Below are positions 34,284 to 46,899 of a stretch of DNA of 64,000 bases, one piece after another. The position numbers and the translations under genes are program-made. The DNA comes from Malacoraja senta (taxonomy: Eukaryota): NCBI GenBank assembly GCA_038087875.1, contig CM075989.1, positions 3,782,001 to 3,846,000 of the forward strand, in the 5' to 3' direction. The notes under the pieces are model-generated. The model had not been told where the DNA came from, searched no databases, and saw only the letters and a list, made by a program, of their open reading frames with translations. Numbering within the stretch: position 1 is the stretch's first letter; each line of letters starts with the position of its first letter.

Positions 34284-34620
34284 CCCACCACGACCCTACC
34301 CTCTATCATAAAGGTCAGATGGAAGTTCTTGTATTACTCGTTTTAGTATGAGACTATATTACTTCGGTTCTTGTTTTTTGTGATTTCACACCGCTGCTTT
34401 GAAGATTGACGCGCAGGCGCACTGACGGACTTCTTCACGTAATCACCTACGTAACTCCTCATAAAATAAAGATCAAACTTCAAACTTAGGTAAGTTCTCG
34501 TTTAATCTTACTATCCAAGTTAATACACAAAAGGACACAAAGTGCTGGAGTAACAGAACATCAGGCAGCATCTCGAGAACATGGATAGGTAACCTTTTGG
34601 GTAGAGTCTGAAGAAGGGAC

Positions 34621-35737
34621 ATAGACAATAGATGCAGGAGTAGGCCATTCGGCCCTTAGAGCCAGCACCGCCATTCAATGTGTTCATGGCTGATCATCCA
34701 CAATCAGTACCCAGTTCCTGCTTTCTCTCCATATCCTTTAACTCCGCAATCCCTCTGAGCTCTATTTAACTCTCTCTTGAAAGCATCCAAAGAACCAGCC
34801 TCCACCGCCCTCTGAGGCAGAGAATTCCACACACTCACAACTCTCTGTGTGAAAAAGTTTTTCCTCATCTCCGTTCTAAATGGCTTACCACTTATTCTTG
34901 AACTATAGCCCTTGGTTCTGGACTCCCCCAACATTTGGAACATGTTTCCTGCCTCTAGCGTGTCCAAACCTTTAAATAATCTTATATGTTTCAATAAGAT
35001 ACCCTCTCATCCTTAATACAAGCTCAGCCGCTCCAATCTATTAACATATGACAGTCCCGCCATTCTGGTAATTAACTTTGTGAATCTATGCTGCACTCCC
35101 TCAATAGCAAGATTGTCCTTCCTCAAGTTTGGAGACCAAAATTGCACACAATACTCCAGTTGTGGTCTCACTAGAGCCCTGTACAACTGCAGGAGGACCT
35201 CTTTGCTCCTATACTCAAATCCTCTTGTTATGAAAGCCAACATGCCATTCGCTTTCTTCACTGCCTGCTGTACCTGCATGCTTACTTTCAATGACTGATG
35301 AACAAGGATCCCAGATCACGTTGTACTTCCCCTTCTCCCAACTTGACACCATTGAGATAATAATCTTCCTTCCTGTTTTGCAACCAAAGTGGATGACCTC
35401 ACATTTATCCACATTAAACTGCATCTGCCCACTCACCCAACCTGTCCAAGTCACCCTGCATCCTCATAGCATCCTCCTCACAGTTCACACTGCCACCAAC
35501 TTTGTGGCATCTGTAACTTTGCTAATGTTACTTTTAATCCCTTCATCCAAATTAATATATATTGTAAATAGCTGCGGTCCCAGCGGTACCCCACTAGTCA
35601 CTGCCTGCCATTCTGAAAGGGACCAGTTAATTCCTACCCCTTGTTTCCTGTCTGCCAACCAATTTTCTATCCATGTCTGCACCCTACCCCCAATACCATG
35701 TGCTCTAATTTTGCCCACTAATCTCCCATGTGGGACA
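34621..35737 (-). mobile_element. CR1/HER1 LINE fragment inserted in a Penelope-derived fold-back
   Basis: RT remnants (VTSGVPLGP, QQAVKKANGMLAF); GGGACAT at both junctions. Confidence 0.9.
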
Positions 35738-35809
35738 TGACCTAAAACGTTACCTATCCATGTTCTCTGGTGATGCTGCCTGACCCGCTGAATTACTCCA
35801 ACACTTTGT

Positions 35810-36708
35810 GTTGTTAATTGTTAGGAGGATACTGAGGGAGGGGGTGGTGGTTGATTGGTAGATGGGTGAGACAAAGTCTAGAGATGAAAAGGAGACTAAA
35901 AGGTGTCAGATTAGGAGGGAAGAGGAGTGAAATGTGAAGCCAGAGGAAGAGATACGGACGGATGGACATAAAAACCTGGAGTAACTCAGCGGGTCAGGCA
36001 GCATCTCTGGAGAAAAGGAATAGGGGACGTTTCGAGTCAAGACCCTTTATCAGACTGCCTGACCCACTGAGTTACTCCAGAATTTGTGTCTATATTCGGT
36101 GTAAACCAACATCTGCAGTTCCCTCTTACACATGGATATAGGTGGAATGGGTGGAAGGGGAAGGAGTAGGGAGGGGGGAAGTTGGGTTGGAAAATGGGAG
36201 AAATGTTGCACAGCCAGGTGGGGCACAGGGATGAGAGTGGAAAAGGGGGAGGGGGATTTTGTGGCCTGACAATGGAGAATCTAAAGTCTGGTCTGAAGAA
36301 GGGTCCCCACTCAGAATGTCACCTAACCATATTCTCCAGAGATGCTGCCTGACCTGCTCTTTGTGTCATTCAATATTCATTGTGTTGAGTTGTAAGCTGC
36401 CCAGGGTTAAGCGGTTACTCTAGTTTGAGTGTGGCCTCACTCTGGCAATGGAGGAGACCCATGGCAGAAAGGCCAGTTGTGGGAATGGGAAGGGGATTTA
36501 AAATGGTTAGCAACTGGAAGATCCAACAGGCCTTAGCAGACTGAGCGCATGTGTTCGGTGAAACGGTCACCTAGTATACATGTGGTCTTGACGATGTAAA
36601 GGATGCCACATCTGGAACACCAGATGCAGTAGATGAGTTTAGAGGACACATGAACTTCTGTATCACTTCGAAGAGATGCTGTGGTCCCTGGATGGAGATG
36701 AGGGAAGA
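35810..36708 (-). mobile_element. Penelope-like element 3' part with GIY-YIG domain, interrupted by short repeats
   Basis: 36551-36640 translates KLIYCIWCSRCGILYIVKTTCILGDRFTEH; fold-back unit at 35965-36125. Confidence 0.75.
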
Positions 36709-37089
36709 GGTTTAGTTTAGTTTAGTTTATTGTCACATGCAACTGAGGTACAGGGAAAGCTTTTCTTTGCACGGTATCCAGTCAAAGAAGGCTATACATG
36801 TTTACCATCAAGCCGTCCACAGTGCACAAATAAAGGATAAAACATTTAGTGCAAGATATAACAATCAGGTCTGATTTTACTTCGGAGTCACGTGAGTGAC
36901 TATGTGAAGAAGAGCCCGTCCAGCCGCACACGCATTGTATCGTCAGATGCATAGCGCAGCGACCGTGTGTGGAGGAGTAAAGCTCCTCCAATCGGTGAGT
37001 AAGTAAAAGCCTGAAGGTAAGTGGTTTCACTTTCGCTTTCAGGTCGCCTTCCTCGTTAGACTTGTAGTTGGAGTTCAACACAAGTTAGT

Positions 37090-40000
37090 ATGGAGAGAGG
37101 GCGTAGAGGGAGGAGACGTACCGCAGGTAAACCTCAAGAAGACTGCGGGTCTGAGGGTAGCGGGCGTCCGTTTGAGGAGTCGGTGGCAGCGAGGCCATCA
37201 ACTCCAGATGCGGTAGAAAGTACCGTTACAGCGCCATTAGGGCGCAAGGCCGGGCAAAAGTCCGTGCGACCAGTAGACTCTGAGGAGTCAGACCCGGAGG
37301 TTAACCCTCCTCAGTCAGAAGTTATGGCTGCTCGGGTCGCTAGTCTAGAATTCCTCATGGGAAAGATGATATATCAAGACCCACATCAGGAGGAATACAG
37401 TCCGCGTTGGCCTATGGGAGAGCCAGCGCAGGGAGTGCCTTGGATGGGTCGGGCACAGCGTTGGCCTACAGGAGAGCCAGCGCCAGAAATGTCTTGGAAA
37501 AGGCAGTATATGTGTTGGCCTACAGGAGAGCCAGCGCCAGAAATGTCTTGGAAAAGGCAGTATACGCGTTGGCCTACAGGAGTGCCAGCGCCAGCAATGT
37601 CTGAAGGAAGACAGTATAAGCGTTGGCCTACAGGAGAGCCAGCGCCAGCAGCACCTGAAATAGGGCTGCCTATGCATGGGCCTACAGGAGAGCCCGCGCG
37701 GGAAGAACCTGGTAAAGAATTTACTATGCGTAGGCCTATGGAAGAGCCAGTGCTAGAAACACCTGAAACAGGGATGCCAGATCTCCCCCATCATGAGGAG
37801 TAACATCTAGATTCAGATGATGAATCATATGAGGACCAGAGCCCAATAACAGAGCCTAAAATACCAGGTCTGGCACAAAAGATTGCTGTTTCCAGACTAA
37901 CAGGGGAACCATTGGGAGATGAATTAGCAATGACTATAAATTACTTGCTCTCCCATCAGCTCCAGGAATTGACCATGGATGAGACTGTCAAAAAATATGA
38001 AACCCTGTAGAATTGTGCACTTCTAGCTGTCCCAGCGGTGAATAACGTAATATGGGGCTATTTGGGCATTGGAGTACGCGCACAAGAAATGAAATTACAA
38101 CGGGTGTTGAAATTGCTGGGGTTAGGCATTACGGCTTTTGCCAGAGGTTTGGATGAGGAGCATGTGTCTGCATCACAACAGGATGCCTTAGCACTCATGT
38201 GTAGTGCGCACTTTGAAATAAACTGTATTCGTAAAAGTGCCATAAGACCTAATGTTCACCCTAAGTTTGCGGGGCTCTGTAAACCATCTAATATTCAATT
38301 GCCTAACCTGCGTTTTGGAGAGAATCTAGCCAAAAAAGGGTAAAAGACCTGAATGAAAAAGCAAAAACCGTGGGAATGATGAAACCACCGGTGCTTGGCA
38401 GATCAACTCGAAGACAGTATCCCTACCGACGGAAGTCTGGGGCCGGAGAAGGAACAAGTCGGTCTTTCTCATATATGCGTATTGGCGCACTGCTCCTGGG
38501 ACGCGTGGAGGTTACAGTATTCCCACTAAGAGCAGGGAACAACATTTGCCATCGGCAAACCCCGAGGTAGGTGGGTCTGGTCTGGTAAGAGACATATTAA
38601 ATGTTTCACACTCACAAGTTGGAGGAAGATTACACTTCTTCCTAAAAGAATGGCAACAAATAACAACTGATGCGTTTATACTGCGCAGTATTGTGGGATT
38701 TAGAATTGAATTCTATCCACATTTGGATCCTCCTACTCAGCATATTTCATGCCGGACACATATTTTCTCAAAAGAAGAGAATATGCAGATTCAGGCAGAA
38801 CTTGAAATATTGTGTAAAAAAGGTGTAATAGAGAAGTCAGTTGACCAACACCATCAATTTGTGTCAAGAATTTTTCCTAGACCAAAAAAGGATGGTAGGT
38901 GTAGAATTATTCTAGATCTGACAAGTCTTAACCCTTTTGTACAGTATAAACATTTTAAGATGGAGACATTTGCCAATGCCATTCAGCTAGTTTCAAGAAA
39001 ATGCTATATGGCTAGCATAGATCTTCGAGATGCATATTTGGCTGGGCATGGTAATGATCGGAGATACTTAAAATTTAGATGGATGAGTCAATTGTGGCAA
39101 TTTAAAGCATTGTATAATGGTTTAACTTCAGCTCCAAGACTATTTACAAAATTAATAAAACCAATTTTAGTACTACTAAGAGCTCAGGGCCATTTGCTAA
39201 TGGCCTATTTGGATGATATTCTGATTGTGGGAGACACTTTGGCTACAACAGAAGCGTCAGTGTCAAGAATTAAGCTCACTTTCGAGAGGCTGGGATTCAT
39301 TATTCACCCAGATAAATCCAAACTATTACCAAGCACAGAAATTGATTACTTGGGTTTTTCCATTAATTCAGAACACTTGGTAGTCACTTTACCTAAAGAT
39401 AAAAGGCTGCAGTTAATTGAAGGTTGTATTAGGCTCATTACACAGCACCAACCCTCAATTAGGCAGGTAGCAAGCTTGCTGGGCAAATTAATTGCTTCTT
39501 TTCCAGCTGTATAGTTTGGACCACTGCATTATCAGCATTTCCAGCGAGCAAAGGTACATGCATTAAGGATACATTCAGGGCATTTTGACAGGCCCATGCA
39601 ATTGCCAATTGCAGCTATTACGGAAATAGAATGGTGGATTAGCAGTGTCTCTAATGCTTCCAGACAAATTCTGGTTGAAACACCTTCCATTATTCTACAG
39701 ACTGATGTAAGTGCTCTAGGTTGGGTCGCTACCAATACTGTTTCCAGCTGTGGAGGTAGATGGAATGTGGAGGAAGTACCTTTGCTCCAAGAACAAGGTA
39801 TCAATTACCTAGAGCTTTTAGGAACATTTCATGGGCTTAAAGCTAATTGTTCTAATATGAAAAATTTGCATGTTCAGGTACAGATTGACAATACTGCAGC
39901 TGTAGCGTATGTTAATCATATGGGTGGTATCAAGTCAGAATCTTGTGATAGATTGGCAAACGTGATCTGGACCTGGTATATTACCAGAAACATTTGGCTT

Positions 40001-40489
40001 TCGGCAAGCTACCTACCAGGTAGATTCAACATAGTTGCAGACACAAGGTCACGTAAATTCAATGACAATACAGAGTGGATGTTGGATCGTGAAAAATTTA
40101 ATAAAATTGTTGCATGGTTCGGGATGCCAGAGATTGACTTGTTTGCATCCAGACGTAACCACCAATTGCCTAAGTATGTGTCATGGGAACCTGATCCTGG
40201 TGCAGTAGCGGTGGATGCTTTCTCGCTGCATTGGGGTAGTATGTTTCTGTATGCATTTCCTCCATTTTGCCTCATTAATCGGTGTATACAGAAAATCAAA
40301 CAGGACTCAGCTTCAGGGGGTTTGGTTGTACCAGACTGGCCTACACAGCCGTGGTACCCTCTGGTGTTAAAAATGATCACAAGGCCCCTTATGATTATTC
40401 CTAAACAGGAAAACCTGCTTGTGCACCCTGTAACTGGTGATTCACATCCTTTACATGATCGTATTGGTTTATTGATTTGCAGATTCTAA
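37090..40489 (+). pseudogene. DIRS B gag and RT/RNase H/MT region with stops and frameshifts
   Basis: Fragments 37090-37803, 38038-38343, 38370-38570, 38546-39514 and 39596-40489 are collinear with DIRS A. Confidence 0.9.
37405..37782 (+). repeat. 54-bp coding tandem repeat x7 in DIRS B gag
   Basis: 18-aa unit of type RWPTGEPAPEMSWKRQY. Confidence 0.9.
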
Positions 40490-41466
40490 GGAGGCCATAT
40501 CTCAGAAGAGGATTATCAGATTGTACTGTGGATGTTATGGCGGCAGCCTGGAGGAATAGTACCCAGAAGCAGTACATTTCTTATATAAGGAAATGGGAGG
40601 TGTTTTGTTTACAACAGAATATTACATATCACACTGCAGACATTTCAGATGTGTTAGAGTTTCTGTCAACTCTTTATTTTGATTTACATTTAAGCTATAG
40701 TGCGATCAATACTGCAAGGAGTGCTCTTTCTGCATATCTATGCAGGGAATCAGAAAAAAATCCAGTAGGATCACACCCTTGGGTCTGTAGGTTTATGAAG
40801 GGAATTTTTAATTCCAAGCCTCCTAGACCCAGGTATACAGAAATCTGGAATGTAAGAGATGTGCTAATGCTCCTTCACCAATGGATGCCTATTGAAGCTC
40901 TGTCTTTGGCCAAAATTACCATGAAGTTAGTTATGCTCATGGCACTAGTTTCAGCACAGAGTGCAAACATTGCAGAAATTACGAATAGACAGGATGAAAA
41001 TGGCAGCAGATGCCATTACATTCTATGTCTATGATTTGCTTAGAGTAGGCCTGGATTCACAGGATGTAAGTTGTTTTTTTCAGCATATCCTACGGATCCA
41101 CGTCTATGTGTAGTAGCACATTTACGATGTTACATTGAAGCCACCAGAACCTTAAGAGGTGCAGAATCAGCATTCTTTGTCAGCTATAAAAAACTGCATA
41201 AGAAAGTGTCGGTACAGACTATTTCAAGATGGCTGAAGCAGGTGTTGGTTGATGCAGGTATTGATACTGACAAATTTAAATCTCATTCCACCAGGGCGGC
41301 ATCAACATCGGCGGCCAAGGATTTGGACGTTCCAATAGACCTTATCCTCGCGGCCGCAGGATGGGCAAGTGAACGGATGTTTCACAAGTATTACCATAAG
41401 GAGATTACAGATCCTGGGTTATTTGGTGGTGCTGTTTTGGATTCAGTATTAAGTCCCCCATTATGA
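40477..41466 (+). pseudogene. DIRS B tyrosine recombinase, frameshifted
   Basis: ORF pieces 40477-41034 and 41071-41466 with HSTR, AAGW, KYY. Confidence 0.9.
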
Positions 41467-43129
41467 TAAAGGGGGTTACTATTGTTGTGATAAATAAACC
41501 ATTAACTGATTGCATCTATGTTGTGGTTATGCATTGTTGATTGCTTTACTCATTTAGAGTCAATCAATGCAGTGAGACGCCTGGATTTGAATCTACGGCG
41601 TGAAATCACAGAGCTTTGAAATCTTCACATAGTCACTCACATGACTCCGAAGTAAAATAGTAAGATTAAACGAGCTTACCAGTTTGAAGTTTGATCTTTA
41701 TTTTATGAGGAGTTACGATGAGGGATTACGTGCCCTCCACTCCCACCCCTCATAAAGGTCAAGCTGGTAGTTCTAGTCCTTACGTACCTTACTATCATAC
41801 TTCAGTAATTATTATCTGTGATTTCACACCGCTGCTTTGAAGATTGACGCGTGTGCGGCTGGACGGGCTCTTGTTCACGTAGTCCCTCATCGTAACTCAT
41901 CATAAAATAAAGATCAAACTTCAAACTGGTAAGTTCTCATTTAATCTTACTATTAAAGATAGTTCAAAGGTCTCCAATGAGGTAAATGGGAGGTCAGGAC
42001 CACACTCTAGCTGATTAGAAGATTGTTCAGTTATCAGATAACAGCTGGGAAGAAACTACATCTGAATCTAGAGGTATGTGTTTTCAAACTTCTGTACCTC
42101 CTGTCTGATGGGAGAGGGGAGACAAGGGAGTGACTGGGGTGAGATTGATCCTTGATTATGCTGGTAGCCTTGCCGAGGCAGCATGAAGTGTAGATGGGGT
42201 CAATGCAAGGGAGGTTGGTTTGTGTGAAGGCCTTGGCTACATCCATAACTCTCTGCAATTCCTTGTGGTCCTGGATGGAGCTGTCCCAAACCATGCTGTG
42301 ATGCATTACAATAAGATACTTTCTATGGCGCATCTATAGTAGTTGGTGAGGGTTGTTGTGGACATGCCAAACTTCCCAACACTTCTAGAGAAATAGCCTT
42401 GGAGTTCTTTCTTGGCCATAGCTTCATTGTGGCTGGTGCAGTACAAATTGCTGGTGATATTTATTCCTAGAAACTTGAAGCTTTTGACCATCTCTACTTC
42501 GGCGTCATCAATGTAGACGGGGTGTGTGTACCGCTTCCCGTCCTGAAATCACTCACAATCTCCTTTGTCTTGCTGACATTGAGGGAGAGGTTGTTGCCTT
42601 GGCAACAGGTTTTCTCTCCTTTCTGCACTCCATTTCGTCATTATTCAATATACGGCCCACTAAGGTAGTGTCGTCTGCGAACTTGTAGATTGAGTTGAAC
42701 TGGTATTTGACTGCACATACATGATTGTATAAGGAGTATTGTATGGGCTGAGAATGCATCCTTGTGGAGCACCAGTGTTGAGGATTATTGTAGAGGATGA
42801 TTTGTCACCTGTTCTCCCTCAATGTGGTCTGGTGGGCAGGAAGTTGTGGATCCAGTTGCAGAGGGGAGTGCAGACTCCAAGTTCCACGAGTTTGGAGATG
42901 AGCTTGGTTGGGATAATCAGAAATATAAGACAATTGCTTGGTATTTGAAGGGTCACACTGATCTGACAGAAGAGGGTGGATTTTGTACACTGTAGGAGTA
43001 GCTTCATTAAAAGGGATCTGCCCTTGTACTGAACCCTGGCTGGCCTCCATCCAGCTGCCCAACTTCTCTCATCCCTCTCAGTTCGAGGAAACCATGCAGA
43101 CAATGGCTCAGTCAAATCTCACCTGGTCT

Positions 43130-44230
43130 TAGAGTCTTAGAGCTAGACAGCTCAGGAATAGTCCACTCAGCCCAACTCATCCATGCTGCCCAAGTTGACT
43201 AACCAAGGTCATCCCACTTGCCTGGGCCTGGCCTATATTCCTCCAAACCTTTTGTATCCATGTACCTTTTAGACTTTAGTGATACCGTGCAGAAGCAGGC
43301 CCCTTGGCCCAACAGGTCCACGCCAACCAGCGATCACCTCGTGCGCAAGCACCATCCTACACACTAGGGACGTTTTACAATTTTACCAATGCCAATTAAC
43401 CTACAAATCTGTACGTCTTTGGAGTGTGGGAGCAAACCGGAGCATCTGGAGAAAATCACGCAGGTCACGGGGAGAATGTACAGAGTCTGTACAGACAGTA
43501 CCTGTAGTCAGGATCGAATCGGGGTCTCTGGTGCTGTAAGGCAGCAACTCTACTGCTGCATCACCCCTGTACCTCTCCAAGTTTAAATGTTGTAATTGTA
43601 CCTGTCTCTACCACTTCCTCTGGGTTCTCACTCCATGTACGCTCCACCCTCTATGTGAAAATGTTACATTTCAAATTATTTTAAAATCTTTTCCTGCACA
43701 CATTCAACCCATGCCTTCTAGTTTTAGACTTCCCTACCCTGGAGAAAAGACGGTGATTATTCCCCTTATCTCTGACCCTCATGATTTTATAAACCTCGAC
43801 AAGGTCTCCCCTCAGTCGCCCATACCCCAGAGAAAATAGACCTAACATTTCTAGCCTCTCCTTAAAACTCAAGCCTTCTGGACCTGATAACACCTTGTAA
43901 ATCTGTTTTGTACCCTTTCCTGTTTAATTACATTCTTCCTATGGAGGACGACCAGAACTATACACAATGTGACCATAACCAATATTTTGCACAGTCAATA
44001 CACTGACTATAAAGGCAAGCATGCCAAATGTTTTCTTCACCACAATATCTTGCTGTGAAGCCAATTTCATGGAACGTTGTTCGACAACATTCCACAGGGC
44101 CCTCCCATTTATTGTGTAAGTCCTGCCTGGTTTGTCTTACCAACATGCGACAGCTCGCATTTATCTGCATTAAACTCCATCTGGCATTCCTCGGCCCATT
44201 GGCCCAGTTGATAAATATTCAATATTAATC
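43130..44230 (-). mobile_element. Old CR1 LINE fragment with an HE1-like SINE inserted (43268-43570)
   Basis: GLSFKERLEMLGLFSL..RLRGDLVEVYKIM; SINE core and tail on the minus strand. Confidence 0.8.
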
Positions 44231-44261
44231 TTATACTGTTTTAATCTCTTCCTGCATGGGG

Positions 44262-45092
44262 GAGTACATGCCCCAACTGTTATCAACGGCGCCAAAGTGG
44301 AAATGGTTCCTTGGTGTAAATATTACTTATGATCTGTCGTAGACCAACCACATTGAATCAGCAGCCAAGAAGGCCCACCAATACTTCTAGTTTCCCAGGA
44401 GACTGAGGAGGTATGGCACGTCTCCAATAACTCCTCCAAACTTCTACAGATGCGCCATTGAAAGTATACTCTTAGGTTGCTTAACAGCTTGATTTGCAAA
44501 AAACTCTACCCAAAACCACAAGAAATTGTAGATAGTTGTGGACGGAGCCCACCCTGGCCATTCCTTCTTCTCCTTGGTCCTGTTGGGCAGAAGCTACAGA
44601 TGCTTGAAAGTATGCATCACCAGACTCAGGAGCAGCTTCTTCCCCTGAAGAGGGGTCCTTACCCAAAACATCGCCTATCCAAAGATGCTGCCTCTGAGTT
44701 ACTCCTGCACTTTGTGTCCTTTTGTCCTCCTCTCAGTTATCAGGCTTCTGAATGATCCTTCCATGAGCTAGGGTACAGTCCCGATTCACCTCTACCCCAT
44801 TGAGAACATAGGTTCAATGGCTCTTTATTGTCAGATGTGAAGTGACATTCTTTTATTTTTTGCAAGTGTGAAGTATTTAGCACAATTTTAGATTTAGTGT
44901 ATAGAAATAGTCCACAGCTACAATATACTAGTCTCCAGGTTTTTACACCATTTGATTTTGACTCGGGAATTGGTGCGCTACAATGCTGAGATCTATATTC
45001 TGCACTCTGTATCTTTGCTCTACCTATTGAGTATTTACGTATAGTATTATTAGATTTGATTGGACAGCATGCAAAGCAAAGTTTTTCACTGT
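44262..45092 (+). mobile_element. Degraded Rex1/Babar-like LINE 3' part (interrupted)
   Basis: AAKKAHQ-like and NFYRCAIESIL remnants; tail tttcactgta. Confidence 0.65.
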
Positions 45093-45284
45093 AGAAACAA
45101 AGAACTGTAGATGCTCGTTAATACACAAAAGGACACAAAGTACTGAAGTAACTCAGCAGGTTAGGCAGCATTTTTTTTAATTTAATCGTAATCAAAATAA
45201 ACTTTATTCAGAATAAAAATAATATATAAAACAAGAATGGTGCAAAAATTATTCCGGCATACATTAATTAGCATCATAACATCG

Positions 45285-45592
45285 TTTAGTTGAGAGATAT
45301 AGTGCAGAAACAGACCCTTTGGCCCACCGAGTCCGCGCCAACCAGCGATCCCCGTACACCAACACTACCCTACATTCAATAGGGACAATCTACAATTTTA
45401 CTGAAGCCAATTAACCTACAAACCTGTGCATTATTGGAGTGTAGGAGGAAACTGGAGCACCCAGAGAAAGCCCACGCAGGTTACGGGGAGAGCATACAAA
45501 CTCCGTACAGAGAGCACCTGTAGTCAGGATCTGGATTGAACCTGGGTCTCTGGCGCTGTAAGGCAGCAACTCTACCAATGCGCCACCCTGCC
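45285..45592 (-). mobile_element. HE1-like V-SINE, full length
   Basis: Tail, core and head recognisable. Confidence 0.88.
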
Positions 45593-46444
45593 ACCCTGTA
45601 GTGTTCACAGAAATATCAGCATACCTGGTTCCTTTGCCACTCATGTAGCCACTTGTGATGATATCCCTTCCCTTGTTTGAGGGGCGTATCCATCGCACCT
45701 GTGAGGCAGCATCTCTGGAGAACATGGATGCACCACTGTACCTCGCTACACGTGACAATAATCAATTTAAACCCAAATCTTCTGGGCCCTCATGTTTGGT
45801 TCGAGGTGAGGTTCTAGTCCCGACTCAGTGGAAAGGCATTCTCCTCTGGGTTTTCAGGTTTTTTTTACTTCAATGCAACTGTACCCAATGTTGCCTGTTA
45901 CTATTTGGTAAATATATCCTGCATGCAAAGCTAATTTCCTTAACTGGCCACTGACACTGATCCAGTTCTTATTGCATTTTGACATACTTTACCTCAATTC
46001 CTGTTATCTAAAAAAAAATGCGGATCCACCCCCTGAAGATGGTGAAATACTGAAATATTTTAATGTGCTGAATATCACAAGTTGAAATACACAGTGAATA
46101 ATGCCGATGGAAAAGTGATACTGATGGACTGGCAACCGTGTAGCAGGTAGAGTACACTGTGGAGATACATGGAGTCATCCGTCTGAAGAAGGACCTCGAC
46201 CTGAAACGTCACCTATTCCTTTTCTCCAGAGATGCTCTCTGACCTGTTGAGTTACTCCAGCTTTTTGTGTCTATCTTTGAGTCATCCACTTTGACTGGTC
46301 AGTTGAATGACCAGGAACAGAGCGGGAACGCAGAGGGTCTCAGTAAAACGCGACTTGGTGTAAGCTGTTATGATGGTACCAGGAAGGGCAGCTGCTAAGG
46401 TGCGCCCTCCACTGATTCTATCCAGGCCATTCATCACCATTCTA

Positions 46445-46755
46445 TCTCAATTTTATCAGGATGCATCACAGCATGGTTTGGGATCAGCTTCATCCGAGAC
46501 CGCAGGAAATTGCAGGGAATTGTGGACGCAGCCCAGACCATCGCACAAACGAACCGCTCTTTCATTGACTACATTTACACCTCAAGCTGCCTCGGCCAGG
46601 CCACCAGTATAATCAAGGACGAGTCTCACCCCAGTCATAACCCTCCTCCCCTCTCCCACTAGGCAAGAGGTACAGAAGTGTGAAAACAGATACCTCCAGA
46701 TTCAGGGACAGTTTCTTCCCAGCTGTTATCAGGCAAATGAACAGTCCTACCAACA
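46445..46755 (+). mobile_element. Rex1/Babar-like LINE 3' fragment
   Basis: gccaccagtataatcaaggac...agattcagggacagtttcttcccagctgttatcaggc. Confidence 0.75.
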
Positions 46756-46757
46756 GG

Positions 46758-46862
46758 GGTACACAAAAATGCTGGAGAAACTCAGCGGGTGCAGCAGCAT
46801 CTATGGAGCGAAGGAAATAGGCAACGTTTCGGGCCGAAACCCTTCTTCAGACTGATGGGGGT
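46758..46862 (-). repeat. Penelope-derived repeat with intact hammerhead core (UUCG loop)
   Basis: CTGAAGA-A-GGGT-TTCG-GCCC-GAAAC-GTT at 46850-46823. Confidence 0.8.
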
Positions 46863-46899
46863 CTATCAACATCTAGAGAGCAGTCCTTGGAGACCCTCA

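Larger units (their letters stand above)
29731..34513 (+). mobile_element. Full-length DIRS1-type retrotransposon A (apparently intact)
   Basis: Left ITR 29731-29791, right ITR plus extension 34407-34513, ICR 34170-34283 complementary to both ends; Gag/RT/RH/MT and YR ORFs. Confidence 0.97.
36875..41952 (+). mobile_element. Full-length DIRS1-type retrotransposon B (decayed ORFs)
   Basis: Left ITR 36875-36933, ICR 41622-41732, right end about 41848-41952; termini nearly the same as DIRS A. Confidence 0.96.
36710..42916 (-). mobile_element. Rex1/Babar-like LINE split by DIRS B (36710-36874 and 41953-42916)
   Basis: YKFADDTTLVG, SFKFLGINI, RFRCSFFPAVI; flanks rejoin to match the copy at 631-912. 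Confidence 0.8.
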
